DNA from: Takakia lepidozioides
Taxonomy: Eukaryota > Plantae > Bryophyta
Direction of reading: 5' to 3'
NCBI GenBank assembly: GCA_030704615.1
Contig: CM060734.1
Location: forward strand, 30,132,001 to 30,196,000
DNA length: 64,000 bases
The notes under the pieces were generated by a model. The model did not search any database. It saw nothing but the letters and a program-made list of their open reading frames with translations, and was not told the origin of the DNA. A program made the position numbers and the translations under genes. The stretch's first letter is position 1. Each line of letters starts with the position of its first letter. Shown here piece after piece: positions 12,918-27,010 of this stretch.

Positions 12918-15900
12918 TCAAAGCGGGAGTTCGCCACTGTCTGCAATGGTGACCTTCCTCTTAGATGTGCCCCCTTGTGTACCTTCGGCCTCCACCTTGA
13001 ATACAATATCAAGGCCACTGATAACCTTGCCAAAGACAACATGTCTGCCATCCAGCCTTCAAATACAGACACAGATCACATGTCACTCCACAGCTTTCTG
13101 GCAATTAAAAATAAGTTTCTCGATGTCCTCTCCCTCATCCCTCTTCCTTCCTAATGTCTGCCATCTATGTTGGGGGATCTTCCCAGCTGCTCTGATGTGT
13201 GCAGTCTTACGAGGTTTTCACTAAAAGCTGCAAACCCCCTCCACCAACTCCAGAATATCCATACCCTATCACACTCCCATCACGTACCATGCATGGAAAA
13301 TGCTGAAGCCATTACAAACCTTTCTATATGTATCAATTTTTTTTAAATTGATTCACACTCCACAATCCCCCATATGAAGAACCACGAAAATGAGGTTTAA
13401 CAAATAAAACCTTTTCAACAGAATATGACACATGATCAGTTGGTTCAGAAATTTGGTGTCAAAGATGACTTGCAACCATTCTGACATCAAGGCCATTGCA
13501 TACAGAGTCAAACATTTCTGTTCAAATTCAGCTTTTATTGTGGTACTATCACCTCAGATTCAGTAAGTACAATCTCCCTGAGAGATCCCCAACTACACTT
13601 CTGCAGAGCGAATTCCACAACCCTAACTGGCTCACCCAAAACTCACCCACCCACAGACAAGAAAGGGCATGCAGGCCATACCAGCTTGTTTTAACTGTCG
13701 TGATAAAGAATTGTGAGCCATTTGTATTTGGTCCCGAATTTGCCATTGACAAATAGCCTGCCAGACAAAAAATATCAGGGAACTTAAATCAGTTGAGCCC
13801 ATAATCCGCCTCAACCCAATTCTGGAGCTTCAGCCCTACCAGGGTTTAGGAGATTCAACCCAGAAGTGTCATTGGGCTCTAACAAGCCTGCTTACAGGCG
13901 ATTGGATGCTGATCATACTGGAAAGCACAGGGCTGATCCAGCACGTGCTCAAGCCCTTTAGCTGGAAACAAATGTGACAAATGTGGTTGGGATGCACTGT
14001 CAGTCACACTGTTGAACACAAACTTTTCGACTACCACTTCCCTTGCATAAATCCCACCTTTGTACTCCACCACACATTTGCAGCAGAATCTGGTTACAAC
14101 AGAATTGGACTCATTACCTTTGGGACTTGTTGTTGACCAAGTAAAGTCTGGCCTGCTATCCTTTCTCAGGGTTGAGAAAAGAGTGACCTCTACATCTCAT
14201 ATCTGCCCCTCCAGGCGGTGAGAAGACTCTGAGAGAGGATTCCCAGATGAATATATTTTCCTTAAGTAGGAAAACCATATCAAAGAGAAAATACATCTAC
14301 AGCACCCTCCGTCATGTGATGACTCGATCTAATATCCAAAAGTTTACTGGAAACTGAAGTCACACCTGGTCCACCGTGCTTCAATTTGAAGTTTTCGTCG
14401 GCAAACGTCCTGCCATAGATGGACTCACCCCCACGGCCATTGCCCTGAGTGAAATCCCCACCCTGGATCATGAAACTGGGTATTATACGATGTAAGACAC
14501 TGCCTTTGTAGTGCAGCGGCTTGCCACTTGACCCTTCGCCTTTCTCGCCTGTTCAAGATCAACCACAATGTCCTTGTAAGATTTAGCAAAAACCTTGCCG
14601 AGCCCTTCAAACCTGAGCCCATGCCCTCCTTAAGTATGTCTTCCATGCATGCACGAGGGAATTGATCTGAAAGGAATGTTGGGGGTCCTTCAATATGTTC
14701 TTTCTGGTTTTCTCCTAATTCTACTTTGTCACATAGACCCTCAGCCTCCCTGTGGATTTCTTTCTTTTTGTCACTCACACAATGCACTTGTATCTGTTCC
14801 TCCTTACACATACATCCTTCACAAGTACTCTGCTAAATCCAAAAACAATGCACAATTTGCAAAAGCTTGCGACAGAGCAAACGGTTGTGCCTGGAGTCAA
14901 TAGCTCACCAGTACAAAGAGCCCTGAAGTTCTCTGCAGTCATCACCACAGAATAACAGTCAGCCTCTTACATCTTGATACTCTAATTAGAAGGCCAGTAA
15001 CTCACGGATAAAAGGAGCCTCTCACATAACAATGAGCTAGTGGTGGAAGCCAGGTGTGCATACTGATTCATGGATGGCTGAGAAAAACCTACAGCCAGCA
15101 CTAGCAAGTTAAAGAAGGCCAAGAAAATGCAACTTCGAATTCATGCAAATTCGAACTAAGCACAAGTGGCACTTGAATGGGTTGATATTTCTCTGAGTTA
15201 AAAGGATGACATATTGCATCATCCTTTCCTATGCATATTGAAGACAACACACAAAACCTCGAATCCAGCGATTGAGAGGTGCATACCTTTGTGTTCTTAC
15301 TGCTGCATCTAGCATTTATGGTCAAATGTACTGAACACAGAATTATGCCAATTATGTAATTAATTGATACAGAATGTATTGATCATTACATTTCGGTACA
15401 TTCCTTCACTGACCCCATCAACAGGAAGGACATTGGCCAGTGCAATGAGGCAAGGACCAGATAGACACACACATGAAGTGAGACAGGAGAAAGATGTACA
15501 TACCAACAGTTTTAGGAGCAGCTTTGCCAAAGAGACCAATCACCACCCGACCTGACACAACCAACTGCCTCTGTTAAAGTCTCCTGTCTTGAGTAAGGAC
15601 CACTTCTATCCATGTCAGCTAACCTACTTGAAGGTGCACAAAGGGAAACATACCTGCCAGATGGCCATCAATGTCAATGTCAAAAAACACTTTGTGAGTG
15701 ACATCTTCCAAGTTTTTATCTTGCTTGGCCTGCCAAACCCCAAACCCCAAGCTGTTTAGTGTTAACAACCAGGTCCACCCCCAAAAGGAGGGAGTAGCCA
15801 CAAGGTGAAGTGGCTCATAGTTATGCCGGCTATGGCTGGAGTCTTCTCTCTCTCTACCCAACCAGGTTGATTTGCAGATGCTTAGTAGGAGTAAAGTATG

Positions 15901-16627
15901 CAACCAGGCCAGCATCACCAGTTTTTCAAAATGCTCTTGCACTGCAAAGCTGGACAACTTTTCTACTTCAAAAAGTCTAGCAATCGTCTTGCCTTGGTTT
16001 AGCAGGATATAGCGAATTTTCTGATCAAGCTAAAACAGACTATGATAATGAGTAAGACCTTCATATTTCCTGATTATTTTGAGATGTCCTGCCAATGTGT
16101 TAGAGTGATCTAGCTAAATTATTCTCAGCAGCCTGGTCTTCACGTCAGACTGTTTACAGAGGTCCTCTGGGCATATTCAGGTGTTTGGTGATGTGCTTAT
16201 GTCAAATAAAGCTGACTAAACTATCAAATACGCCACTAGTGTACACCTCCCACTCGAAGCACCAAAGCAGCTTGGCGTAGGGCCCTGGATATTGCATACA
16301 CGCGCGATCACGTGCATACTCTCTGCATTCACATGCTGCTAATGGCCCAGGCTCTAAAGAGCCGAAAGAGTTTATCATCCCCACCGGGCGGCGAACAAAC
16401 GTCCCTCAGCTCTAAATGCCACCAAGGACAAGCAGACTGAAACAGACAGCTTCAAAAAATGGCAGTAAGGCTCCATATGAGATTTCAGACACCCTGAGGG
16501 ACCTCCTAATCAACCGCCGTCAAGTGCAGATACAAAGAACTGTAAAATCTGGACCCACCTGTGCGAAGACCGCAAACGCAAGAATGGAGAGCGCCAGAAA
16601 CAGTCCAGCTCCAACCGTCATCCCCAT
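12918..16627 (-). CDS. Cyclophilin-type peptidyl-prolyl cis-trans isomerase with signal peptide (CYP19-4/CYP20-1-like), copy 1, 204 aa
   Basis: Exons 16559-16627, 15654-15729, 15504-15551, 14909-14932, 14366-14548, 13682-13757, 12918-13056, all GT-AG, total 615 nt. Protein [28 protein letters not shown]...[12 protein letters not shown]...[14 protein letters not shown]...[27 protein letters not shown]...DSGELPL*. Confidence 0.95.
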
Positions 16628-17730
16628 CTTGCTCCGCCCCCTCTCTCCCTCTTCTCAAATGTGCCCTCTCCAACTCTCAATGCGGCATTGGAGCCAGCGA
16701 TGGAGAGAAACGGGACTCCGTGAAGAGGGTTACGGTGTAAGCCTATGACATTTGAAACCACCATTCCGAAGTTCCCGTGTCCAACTGATTCTTCTCAATG
16801 AGATTCTTGAATTTTGCATCATCATTCCATCCCATCCCACGCTCCTATGTAGATTTTGTGGTTCCAAGAATATCCCACTGCTTCCAATCAAGAACAATCT
16901 GGTCCGAGAGTCCTCAACATCTTTCGAACAGCCAGCTCCTAAGCTTACATTTTCTTCTGTTAAGTTATAGGTAGTTTTGTAGAATGGGTAGCGCATCATC
17001 CTTCAAGCGTCGGCAATTACAAGAATGACTGACAGACCATTATGAACAACAAGGGCTGTTGTTTTCATGCAAAAAGAAACTTCACCAAAGAGCTGGTACT
17101 GCTGCTGCAACTACATCTTGGGATTAGGGAACCTAACAATGTGGAAGGTGAGGTTCAGCAGTGCAGATGTTACACAACACACACATGTGAATACATAGTT
17201 GATCTTCAGAATGGAGACCTACATGTGCAACTCCTGAGCAAATGTAATAAAGGTGATGCTGGGTAAAAGAGGCTCGAGCCAAAGGACACAAGAGGCTCAG
17301 GAAGATGACGACAGTTGAGTCTACTGATCCGTTTACAAGTCAAGCAAGTAATCTTCCCAGTTGTCATGACCCATGTCACGAACTTTGAATAACATTGCAG
17401 AAGAATGCAACCCCTTTTCATTAATTTCAACTAGTATTCCCCATGGTTGCTTTCGATTGTGAGAACAGCCGTCTCCCAAACTTTGTGTACCACTGCACTA
17501 GCGGTTAAAACATTCTCCTAGTGAGACCCCTTTCATGCTGGAACAATTTGCATCAAATGAAATACAGAATGGTGATTGCAACAACAGTTAGCTCTCCTAA
17601 ACACGATATCCCCTCCTAACCCAGGGTGATCACCCCCTCGACCCATTATAAGCTGATTACTGTAACTGAAATAAATGTTTCCTCTCTAACAATACAGGGC
17701 AACTTTTGATTCTGCTATCACAACGAGGTC

Positions 17731-20700
17731 TCAAAGGGGGAGCTCGCCACTGTCAGCAATGGTGACCGCCTTCTTAGGTGTGCCTCCTTGTGTACCTTCG
17801 GCCTCCACTTTGTATACAATATCAAGGCCGCCTATGACCTTGCCAAAGACAACATGTCTGCCATCCAGCCTTCAATATAGACACTGATCACATGTTACTC
17901 CACAGTTTTCTGGCCATTTAACAATGTATTTGTATGTCCTCGCCCTCATACATCTTCCTTCTTTTGAGTCTGCCATCTACGGGATCTCCTCAGCTGCTCT
18001 AATGTGTGCAGTTTCATGAGTTTCCACTTAAGCTGCAAACCCCACTCCCCATACCCTCCCACATACTGAGTGTTGCCCATCCCAAAATCCTGAAGACCTT
18101 TCCATATGGATTGTTGTATTGAAAATTGATCTACATCATATTCCCCATCCTGAAGAACCATGGAAATAGTTTTAGACCAACAAACCCTTCAACAACAGAA
18201 TATACCATCCAGTTATTTTCTGTTTCCGAATCACTCAAATTCTTGAACTTCACAAGCCTCAATGGCCCACCCAAAATGTCGAAAGCCACATTAAGAAGAC
18301 ATTTCTATCAGCTTGCATCATTTCTATGTTTAAGGACTGAAAACACACCCACAGACAAGAAAGGGCATGCAGAAAATACCAGCTCGTTTTTACTGTTGTG
18401 ATGAAGAATTGAGAACCATTTGTGTTTGGTCCTGCATTTGCCATGGACAATTGACCTGCCACACACAAGATTTAAGAAAGCTCAGTTCAGAGTTTTTTCC
18501 TCCTCCTCAGTTCCTTTGAGGGGAGGACACAGTCTTGAACAATTCCCTGCAAAATGTTGCGTTCTCGAGCCCATATTCCCCACAGAACACCAACTGTCCT
18601 CAAGCCTGGGACTCTAAACTGCCATTGGACTCATTACTGTAAACAGGACTGGTTACAGGCAATTGACTTTGATGCATTGACATCATAATGGAGAGCACTG
18701 AGCTGATTCAGCACATGTGCTCAAGCCCTTGAGCCAGAAACAAATGTAACATGTGTGTGATGCACTCTCAGTCACAGTGTTAAACACAGACTATACAACT
18801 ACCAATTTTGACTCGAGTACCTCCCACCTTTGGGCTCCACCGAACACTTGCACCAGAATCTAGATATAACAAAATGACTTGAACACCAAGTCCTCTGGGA
18901 CTTGGTGTGGATCCTTTCTCAGCGGTGAGAGGAGAACAATCTCAGCATTTCATGTCTGAGAGAAGACACAGACTCACAAATGAGTGTGCATTCCCATAGT
19001 AAGGATATCAAAGAAACCATGCACCTACAGGAGTGTCCTTCATGCAATGACTCAAATTTAAACTACTGAAAACTTGAGCATACCACACCTGGTCCACTGT
19101 GCTTCAGTTTGAAGTTTTCATCAGCAAATGTAGTGCCATAGATGGACTCGCCCCCACGGCCATTGCCCTGAGTGAAATCACCCCCCTGGATCATGAAACT
19201 GGGTATGATGCGATGGAAGCCACTGCCTTTGTAGTGCAGTGGCTTGCCACTTGGACCTATGCCTTTCTCGCCTGCTCAGGATCAACCAAAACATCCTTTG
19301 TAAGATTAAGCAAAAACCGCGTAATCAACCTGTTAAGCAACTAGAGCACAAACCCTCCTCACGAAAGCCTTGCTTCCATCCATGAGGCACTTCATCTTAA
19401 AGGAATGTTTGGGACCCTTGATTGTTTCAATCTGGTTTTCTCATGTAGTTTTATTCTGACAAATGGACCCTTGCCTGCCAGTGCATGTTATGCATTTCTT
19501 TCTTTTATGTCACTCTCACACAATGTACTTTATCCTTCCTCCCCACACAAACATCCTTCACACATACTGTGGAACATACAGAAATGATGCAGCACGCAAA
19601 AGCTTTGGAGAGAGATAACATGAAGAGATTGGAAGTGCCAAGAACTGATAGCTCACCAGTACAAAGAGCCCTGAAATTCTCTGCAGCCATCACCGTGGAA
19701 AAGCAAACAGTTAGTTTGATGGATGGAAAGCAAATGCGAATTAGAACTCATGATGTTGTCGCTGACAAAAGGCAGCCTTTACAAGTGCCTTCATATATGT
19801 GCTGGAAAAATGAATCCTTTCCTAAGCAAATTATGGGCCACAAACAACATACCTTGAGTCCAGCATTTTAAAGAGTAACATAATTTTGTGTTCATAATAC
19901 CATATCCAACATTTTATGGCCCAATAGGAGAATAAATACAACAAGGTGCTATGAGCAATGCATAATTGATCAACAAATAAGTACAAAGGGCCCAGCCTAT
20001 GCTTTTATGGCTCTTTGCTTCCTGGGCATCAGGTAACCACCCACAACACAAGCATGATCCCACTCACAGGGCTTCAGTGTGGCCTGCTCAGAAGAAAAAT
20101 ATGCACATTCAATGAGATGGAGACCAGAAAGACACAAACGAAGTAAGACAGGAGAAGGATGTACGGACCAACAGTTTTAGGAGCAGCTTTGCCGAAGAGA
20201 CCAATCACAACCCGACCTGACACAACCAACCGCTTCCGTTAGAGTCTCATTTCTTGAGTATGGATTACTTGTATCCATGTTAGCTGACCTACATAAAGGT
20301 GCAAGAATGGAGAACACACCTGCCTGATGGCCACCAATGTCAATGTCAAAAAACACTTTCTGAGTGATCTCCTCCAAGCTTTTATCTTGCTTGGCCTGTC
20401 GAACCCAAAACCCCAAGCTGCTTAGTGTACCCGGCTATGTCGGATTGCCAAAGATTAGTAAGAGTAATGAAGCCAACTGGGCCAGGACGGGCAAACGCTG
20501 AAGCTGCCTTGCACTGCCAAAGCTGGACGATTTCTCTGGCCGACGAGGTCTACCCTTCTTTTGTAAATGTGCATTGTTTTATCCGGATTTGAGGTGTCCT
20601 GCTAATCTTCCCTCGGCTCAGTAGGATGATCTAGCTAAATTACACTGCAACAGCCTGGTCTTGGCCTTACACGTTTACAGATGGCCTCTCGGCGTACCCA

Positions 20701-21126
20701 GATGTTGCAGTGGTGATTTGCCCATAGCACATAAAGCTGAATACCTGAACAAGGCATCAGATATTTGGTGCAACGATGACAGCATTATACACAACCCACT
20801 GGAAAAAGGGTCCTTGACAGTGCATTAACGCGGAACTTTGTGCATACATCTGCATTTCTGTTTATATTTGCAGCCGATGGCACAGGCTCTAAAGAACCGA
20901 AAGAGTGTATCATCCCCGACGGCCAGTGAACAAATGACTCTCAGCTCTAATGCAGAAAAGACAAGCGGCTTAAAGCATAGAGCTAAAAACTGGCACTAAG
21001 GCTGAAACAGAGATTGCGCGATAACCTAATCAAATGGATGCAAGAAGAGGGACCCACCTGTGCGAAGACCGCAAACGCAAGAATGGAGAGTGCCAGATAC
21101 AGCCCAGCTTGAGTAATCTTCCCCAT
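17731..21126 (-). CDS. Secretory-pathway cyclophilin, copy 2, 204 aa
   Basis: Exons 21058-21126, 20320-20395, 20169-20216, 19657-19680, 19089-19271, 18380-18455, 17731-17869; same exon lengths as copy 1; open frame with [19 protein letters not shown] and WLDGRH. Confidence 0.95.
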
Positions 21127-21500
21127 CTTCCTCCACCTCCACCTCCACCTCCACCCTTCCTCTCTGCTCCTTCTCTTCTCTCTCTTCTCAACGCCCTGTT
21201 TCGTACTCAATCGCTGCGATCGAGAGAAACCCAACTCGGTGCGAAAGTGGATTGTAGCAGGAATCTTGGTACAATGCCATTGCGGTGCCGCGATCCCTTT
21301 CCCACACTTACACTGCATCGTACGTCATGAGTAGTCAACTGATTCCCTGCTTAATTTTGGGTCTTTGTTTCATTTTACCCCTTCACCAAGCCTTGTTGGA
21401 CTGACACGTTAGGTATACTACCAGGTCCAGCTTTTTAATCTCTCTTTTTTATCAAATTAAGAACGCGTCAGGGGACAGTGGCCCCGAAAAATTTTATTAA

Positions 21501-24500
21501 CCATTAAAGGACAAGTGATTTTTCTTAGGTTGTGCCAAAAACCACACCCAAGTGGCGAAATTCCAGCATATCTCCCTGGGAAAAAAGGGGTGCAAATTCT
21601 GACCGAACATTAGGAGCTCAACTACCAGCAGCACATACCCGTGGAATTTTGGGCCAATCAGGTGGAAATCCACGAAATGAACTTTTTTTGGAGAATTTGA
21701 GTAAAATAGTCTTTTCAGTGCAGAATTTTCACTTTTTGCATGACTGGATGAACTCCAAATGCAATGAAATTTCGGGGATGTGGCATCAAAAGAGCCATGT
21801 GCCACCTGATTTGACCCTGTATAGAGGTCATAAGGGGTCGGTTTTGGTGGGTTACATGAACCTCACAAGCAATTTCCTTCTGAACCAGAATCATGTAGCA
21901 ATCACTTGCAAACGCAAGACCACACATAGCATGAGCAAGATTCGAGAGCAACCTATCCTGCATGAGTGGGATTTGAACCGAGCAGCCTACCCCAGCTGGC
22001 AGCTCATACATGAACACAAGGGGGGAGCATCCCCCCCCCCACCCTTGTGTACTCCCTCGCTTGGCAAGGGGACTACACTACATCACTCCTCTCCTACAGG
22101 CAAAACAAAGACACTATAACCACATGCTAATCTGTCATATCCTCAATGCACCTAATGCACAGAAGTCCCACAGGCAAAACTGGCCAAATGTACCAAAATT
22201 CCAGCATTGCAGGATTCAACAAAATTGGCACTAGGTGCAGCAAAATTGGGCGGACCACCACTAGCACTGTCAAGTACTGAACTCCACCTTTAAATGGCAC
22301 TAAGAGCATATCAGGCCTGAGCACTCAAAACTTTACCTTCGCCACCCACCCTGCATCACAGCAACATCGGGTCAACAATCACAGCAGTATAAGGATTTCT
22401 AAATTATACTACAGCTAGCCAAGACTCAATCTGAACTTTGTATGTCTCTCTCTCTAGCCAAGACTCAGTTAGTATAGGTATTTCAGAACTAATCCTAGCA
22501 TATATGCACCAAAAGACAAGCATACTATGCTATTGAAAATAAGACTGAGCACCACCACTTTGTATGATAACCGCAGGGCAGACACTTCCTCCATGTAACT
22601 GCAGGCATTGACACAAACAATGAATGTGAGGATAAACACACAAAGTGATAAACTCACATGTACACAAGGACACATTTCCACAAGTGGTACAAAAGTACCT
22701 CTGCACGGATACCACATTGCACGCACTTCCTCCTTCTAGATGATTTTTGGGAGAAGTGAAGGGCACCCGGGTTTGGAACAATTGCCCCTTCCATCACTGT
22801 TTTCCTAGGACCAACCCCACCCTACAGTCAGGCCATTCGCCACTTCAAGGTCGAAGAACATGTGAGATCGTTGCTTCTTGCCCCTGCCTTTCATAAAAGC
22901 CACATACAACAAATAACCATTGACCAAAATCCACAATATGAAAATAAAGCCGGTGCCACCACTTATGGTCCCGGGTTTGAACAATGTAATAGCCTCTCAG
23001 CTGGTCCTGCACATCAACCCCTCTTATATGTTGTTGGTAGTGTTTCAGAATAGGCCGGGAGGTAGGAACAGGTCTAGTCTGCCATTGTGCCACCTTTCAA
23101 CAAATCAATTCTGACCTACAGGGCTGAAAGCGGTACTCAACAAAGTGTCACTATCGAAATCCTCAGCAGACAGTTCAGACATATCTTCCAAAGGTCCCAA
23201 GCCCAACATGTCACCCACGGGTAAGGTCGAATCAAAGTCCACGGCAGTGCATGGACTTGAGGGCAGTATGTGCACCCCAAGCCCCCCAAATAAAGAAACT
23301 CGCCAATTTTCAGTGCCAGTCTGAACGTCCCAACTTGTGTCAAGCACTATACTATATCTAAACTCACTGGAATGGGAAGAACTTGTGAAATTCGGCAAGT
23401 CATGTATAGAAGTTGTATAGGCACCTTCACAGTGGAACCCCCGACACCCAATTCATCTTCGAACTGGCTGTTTGGTGCAAAATCACTGAGACCAACAGGT
23501 TGTGAACTCCTTAGAAGGTACCTTGGAATCAAGGTACTTTCGCATCCTGACCATCAATGAAAGTAGTGAGCCGGCCTCGGCCGGAGTCATCTCTCTCTCT
23601 CTCTGTGATAGTAGAGAGGTTCGCAAAATTACCTCGGGCCCTTGCTTGGGCCTTCAACCTCATCGTGACTTGTGGTAGATGAGTCAAAATCGGGCCACAC
23701 GGAATCTCTCAAAATTGCATTCACCTCGGGTGAGAACCCATGTGGATCGCCTCATGTTTATGATCAACCCAACCCAGAATGTGAGCAGCCTATCTATGCC
23801 AAAGGTAGGTCCTAAAGTTGGAAGGCTTTGGAAACCCGGGCCAGTACACCTTGTGTGGCCTTTTTAAGCAAAGCAGGAAATTGTCGTTCAATGCACCAAC
23901 CAGCAAAGCGACTTGCTCTTCTGAAGCGCCCACGCCTCTCGCCCAGATTGCTGCAATGACATCCGCCTCTTGGAGCAAATGCTCGGGTGCAGGTGGAGGT
24001 GAGTTTGCAGACCCCATTTGTACTACTCGATCGCTCACAGACTCACGACCTCCAGCAAATCGAGAGCACCAACGATCACTATGACCGTGCAATTACCTAC
24101 TAAGCTCCAGGCAACCTACAGAGAATGGTAATCAATAGCTCTCTGATCCCTACCAAGCCGTCAACACTTCAATGCACACACAAATGGACACAAACAACAT
24201 GGCAAGAATTCAATGATCTCCCCTCCAAAGCTCTTAGAGATGGTCGGCTGACAAGAAAGGTGCAGCAAACGTTTGGGCTTATACACATTGCAAGCATGAA
24301 CAAGGAACCAGCAACGGCAACCTGCCAACAAGCGGGGCACACGCTGCCTTTCACGCGAGCTGGGAGCGAGAGAAAGAGAAGCGTTGGAAATGACAGGTTT
24401 CACGCGGGAACTGACGGGGCCCCGCCGCTGCGACCCCCTAAACCTAACCCTAAAATCAGATCGGGGGTGATCCGGCTGTAGGATCTGGATCCTACACCTT

Positions 24501-24609
24501 GGCAAGGATCAACATACCTAAATTTGAGGCAATTCTGAAAAAAATCAAAAAACTTGTTCCATTTTCCCTGCTCTGTGAGGCCCATAACGTGTCACTTGTC
24601 GTTTACGGG
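21501..24609 (-). mobile_element. piggyBac DNA transposon, internally deleted and non-autonomous
   Basis: TTAA at 21497-21500 and 24610-24613. TIRs CCATTAAAGGACAAGTGA and, read as reverse complement, CCCGTAAACGACAAGTGA (15/18). Transposase remnant inside. Confidence 0.9.
22620..23170 (-). pseudogene. piggyBac transposase C-terminal remnant (third catalytic Asp region and Cys-rich domain)
   Basis: TLLSTAFSPV ... PVPTSRPILKHYQQHIRGVDVQDQLRGYYIVQTRDHKWWHRLYFHIVD fits the PGBD pattern Y...MGGVD..DQ....Y...KWW.RL. Downstream QRYFCTTCGNVSLC..CVYPHIH resembles the C-terminal Cys-rich domain. Frameshifts and stops are present. Confidence 0.85.
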
Positions 24610-26744
24610 TTAAGAAGGTAAGGAAAAAATAACCTTACAAAGAAGCCATAGAGGCTGAGAAACGAGACATTGTTCCGGACTAATCAGTTCATAGAAGATA
24701 CGGGGACCAAAGATGATGGAGCCGATCAGGCAGACCCAAGGAACAGAAAGAGAGAGATCAGCCTATAGCAAGTAGCACTACTTGCTACCTCTCTTACATT
24801 TAGGCTGGTCGAAAGACAGCCCAGTTTTGGATTTGCCCCTCCTAAGGCTACGGCGGACAGTGGCCCTCAGAAACTTTAATATTTTTTCTTTGTGGGGTGT
24901 TCAGTCCGCGGTGTATATTCAAGTACCCAGTGCTTGTTTGAGGAATTTTTGAAGGCAAAGAAAGTAGAGACGGTCGAGCGACCAATAGGGAGGTAGGAAC
25001 AGGTGCTCTAGAGCGATGCAGGAGAGCGAGGGGATGGACACGTGGCAAGGATATCAATGGATCCACACCATGGGTAGATAATGGATTTTTTAAGAGCCGG
25101 CAATTGTAGACAACTGCCAAATATGTAAAAGTAAAAAAGTTCTGGTAGACATGAGTCCAAGCTATAGCATTTTTGATAAATAATATCCTCCAAGAGATCT
25201 GATTTTTTTATTTATTTTTATTAAGAACAGGGGATGGAAGCCCTGGAAATATATCAAAAATGAGGGTTACAGACAGTGGAAAAAATAACCACTGAGGAGC
25301 AATGAAGGCAAGAATGCATGGGAAGCTCCCAGGATTATTTTGATTTTGATTTTGATTATTTCATAGTGCAAGGGTATCTCTACTATTACCACCCACATAT
25401 ATGGTGGGCTTCTTTATTCAAAAACACATGTTTCCTCAAAGTGGTGAGACCATGTACGGGGGCTGACGCCTGCCCAGCCTTGCCAGAAGGACTGGCTATA
25501 AGATTTAGGAATTAATATTTGCATACTTGCCTTAACTGAATAGACTACAAAGCATTATTTATACTAGTATACTATATAGTATATAGGGATATACAGAAGG
25601 AGTGAGTCAGTCACCTGCAGCGTTTTTTTTTTCATTTAAGAACTTGAGCCACGTTGGGTCCTGGCTGGCCTATGAGGAAGATCAATTGGCGACTCTGTGG
25701 CATGTGATCTCGAACCGGTGGCTACTATCAAGAATGTTTGATGAGTTTTATGCGAACTCAACTCATGTAGTGTTCGGTTAGTGGGAGCGACAAGGGAGGT
25801 AATTTTTTCTAAGTAACAACGACACTGCATATTGCAAAGCATGTGGTTGAGCGAAAATACCCTCCGGAGGAATTGACCCTCAGCCACAAAGACTCTGCCC
25901 ACTGGAGCACAGGGCGCGACCTACACAAGCAAACCACGTTAGTGGACAAGAACAAACATAAATGAAAAAAACACCAGGAACACCTTAAGAGTTTTGTGCA
26001 GATTAGAACAAGGCAAAGAAGCTATGGAAACAAAGGCAACCAGCCTAGCACAACTCTCTCACATGGATACAATCCATTGACAAATATGACTAGTCTTGTC
26101 CAACATCAGCAACTCTGCTCAAAGCCTCATGTGCCAATGCAAGAGGCGGTGCAAGTATGCTTAAATGGAAGTGCATGACAAGGATACTAGGCGGATAAGC
26201 AAAACCTAAGAGTTCCCTACATAGCTCGACCCCTTGGCGAAAGCGGGAAGAGTTTGAACCCAAGGCTTTGCTCCTTGCGCTGGCAGGGTTGGTAAGGTTT
26301 CTAGAAATGGATAGGCAAGATCATCTGGATCTAACAAACCCGAATGGCATGTGGCTCTTTTTCCTGTGCGACAGCTGCATAGGCGACGTCCTCGTTGCAG
26401 CGACATGATGGCATTAAGGAGGGCAGTATTGCAAAACAGTGCCATATTTTAACCCATATTCCTTTGTAGATTTCGTGAGGCCAGTTTCTTCCTCGAAAAG
26501 TGGCGAAATTTCGTGCATAAAAAAAACGCTGGTCACCTGTATCTTTAAGAATGGGTGAGTAGTTGATAATTGAGTATCCACCATTACGATGTGCAGAAAA
26601 GATAAGAGTAATTGGCCCAAGATTTTGTCTACCCGGAATCAGAGGTTATTATATAGAATTCAAATACCCACCCAACACCCATCCAAAATTGATAGATGGA
26701 ACCGGCATAACGTATTTTGAAGTGTGCTAGGCATAATGACATCA

Positions 26745-27010
26745 TTTTATTTATTTATTTTTGGGTTGGGGGGGGGGGGTTGAAAGGGAAATACCCGGGA
26801 GTGGCCGTTTACAAATCAGGGTAGTGAGAGGAGAAAATAACCTCTATCATAATAATCTGTCCATGAGGCGCCGCCGAGCACAAGGCTCAAGGGACACCGC
26901 CCCAGGGAAGGGGGAGAAGATTATACGATTATACCACACCTGCCAATGTGATAGGATTTGAACCCTATCTGGGGGGCAAAAGTGCTCTATCCAACTGAGC
27001 TACCAATTGG
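26745..27010 (-). mobile_element. tRNA-derived SINE
   Basis: Reverse complement has GGTAGCTCAGTTGGATAGAGC (A box), GGTTCAAATCC (B box), a body and an (AAAT)n tail. Confidence 0.72.

Noticed and set aside
21532-22119. 195-aa plus-strand ORF
   Set aside because: Lies in the non-coding end of the piggyBac element, begins at a non-ATG codon and has no recognisable domain.
26941-27010. Functional tRNA gene
   Set aside because: A and B boxes are present but the anticodon arm cannot form, and the sequence continues into a body shared with a second copy, so it is a SINE head.
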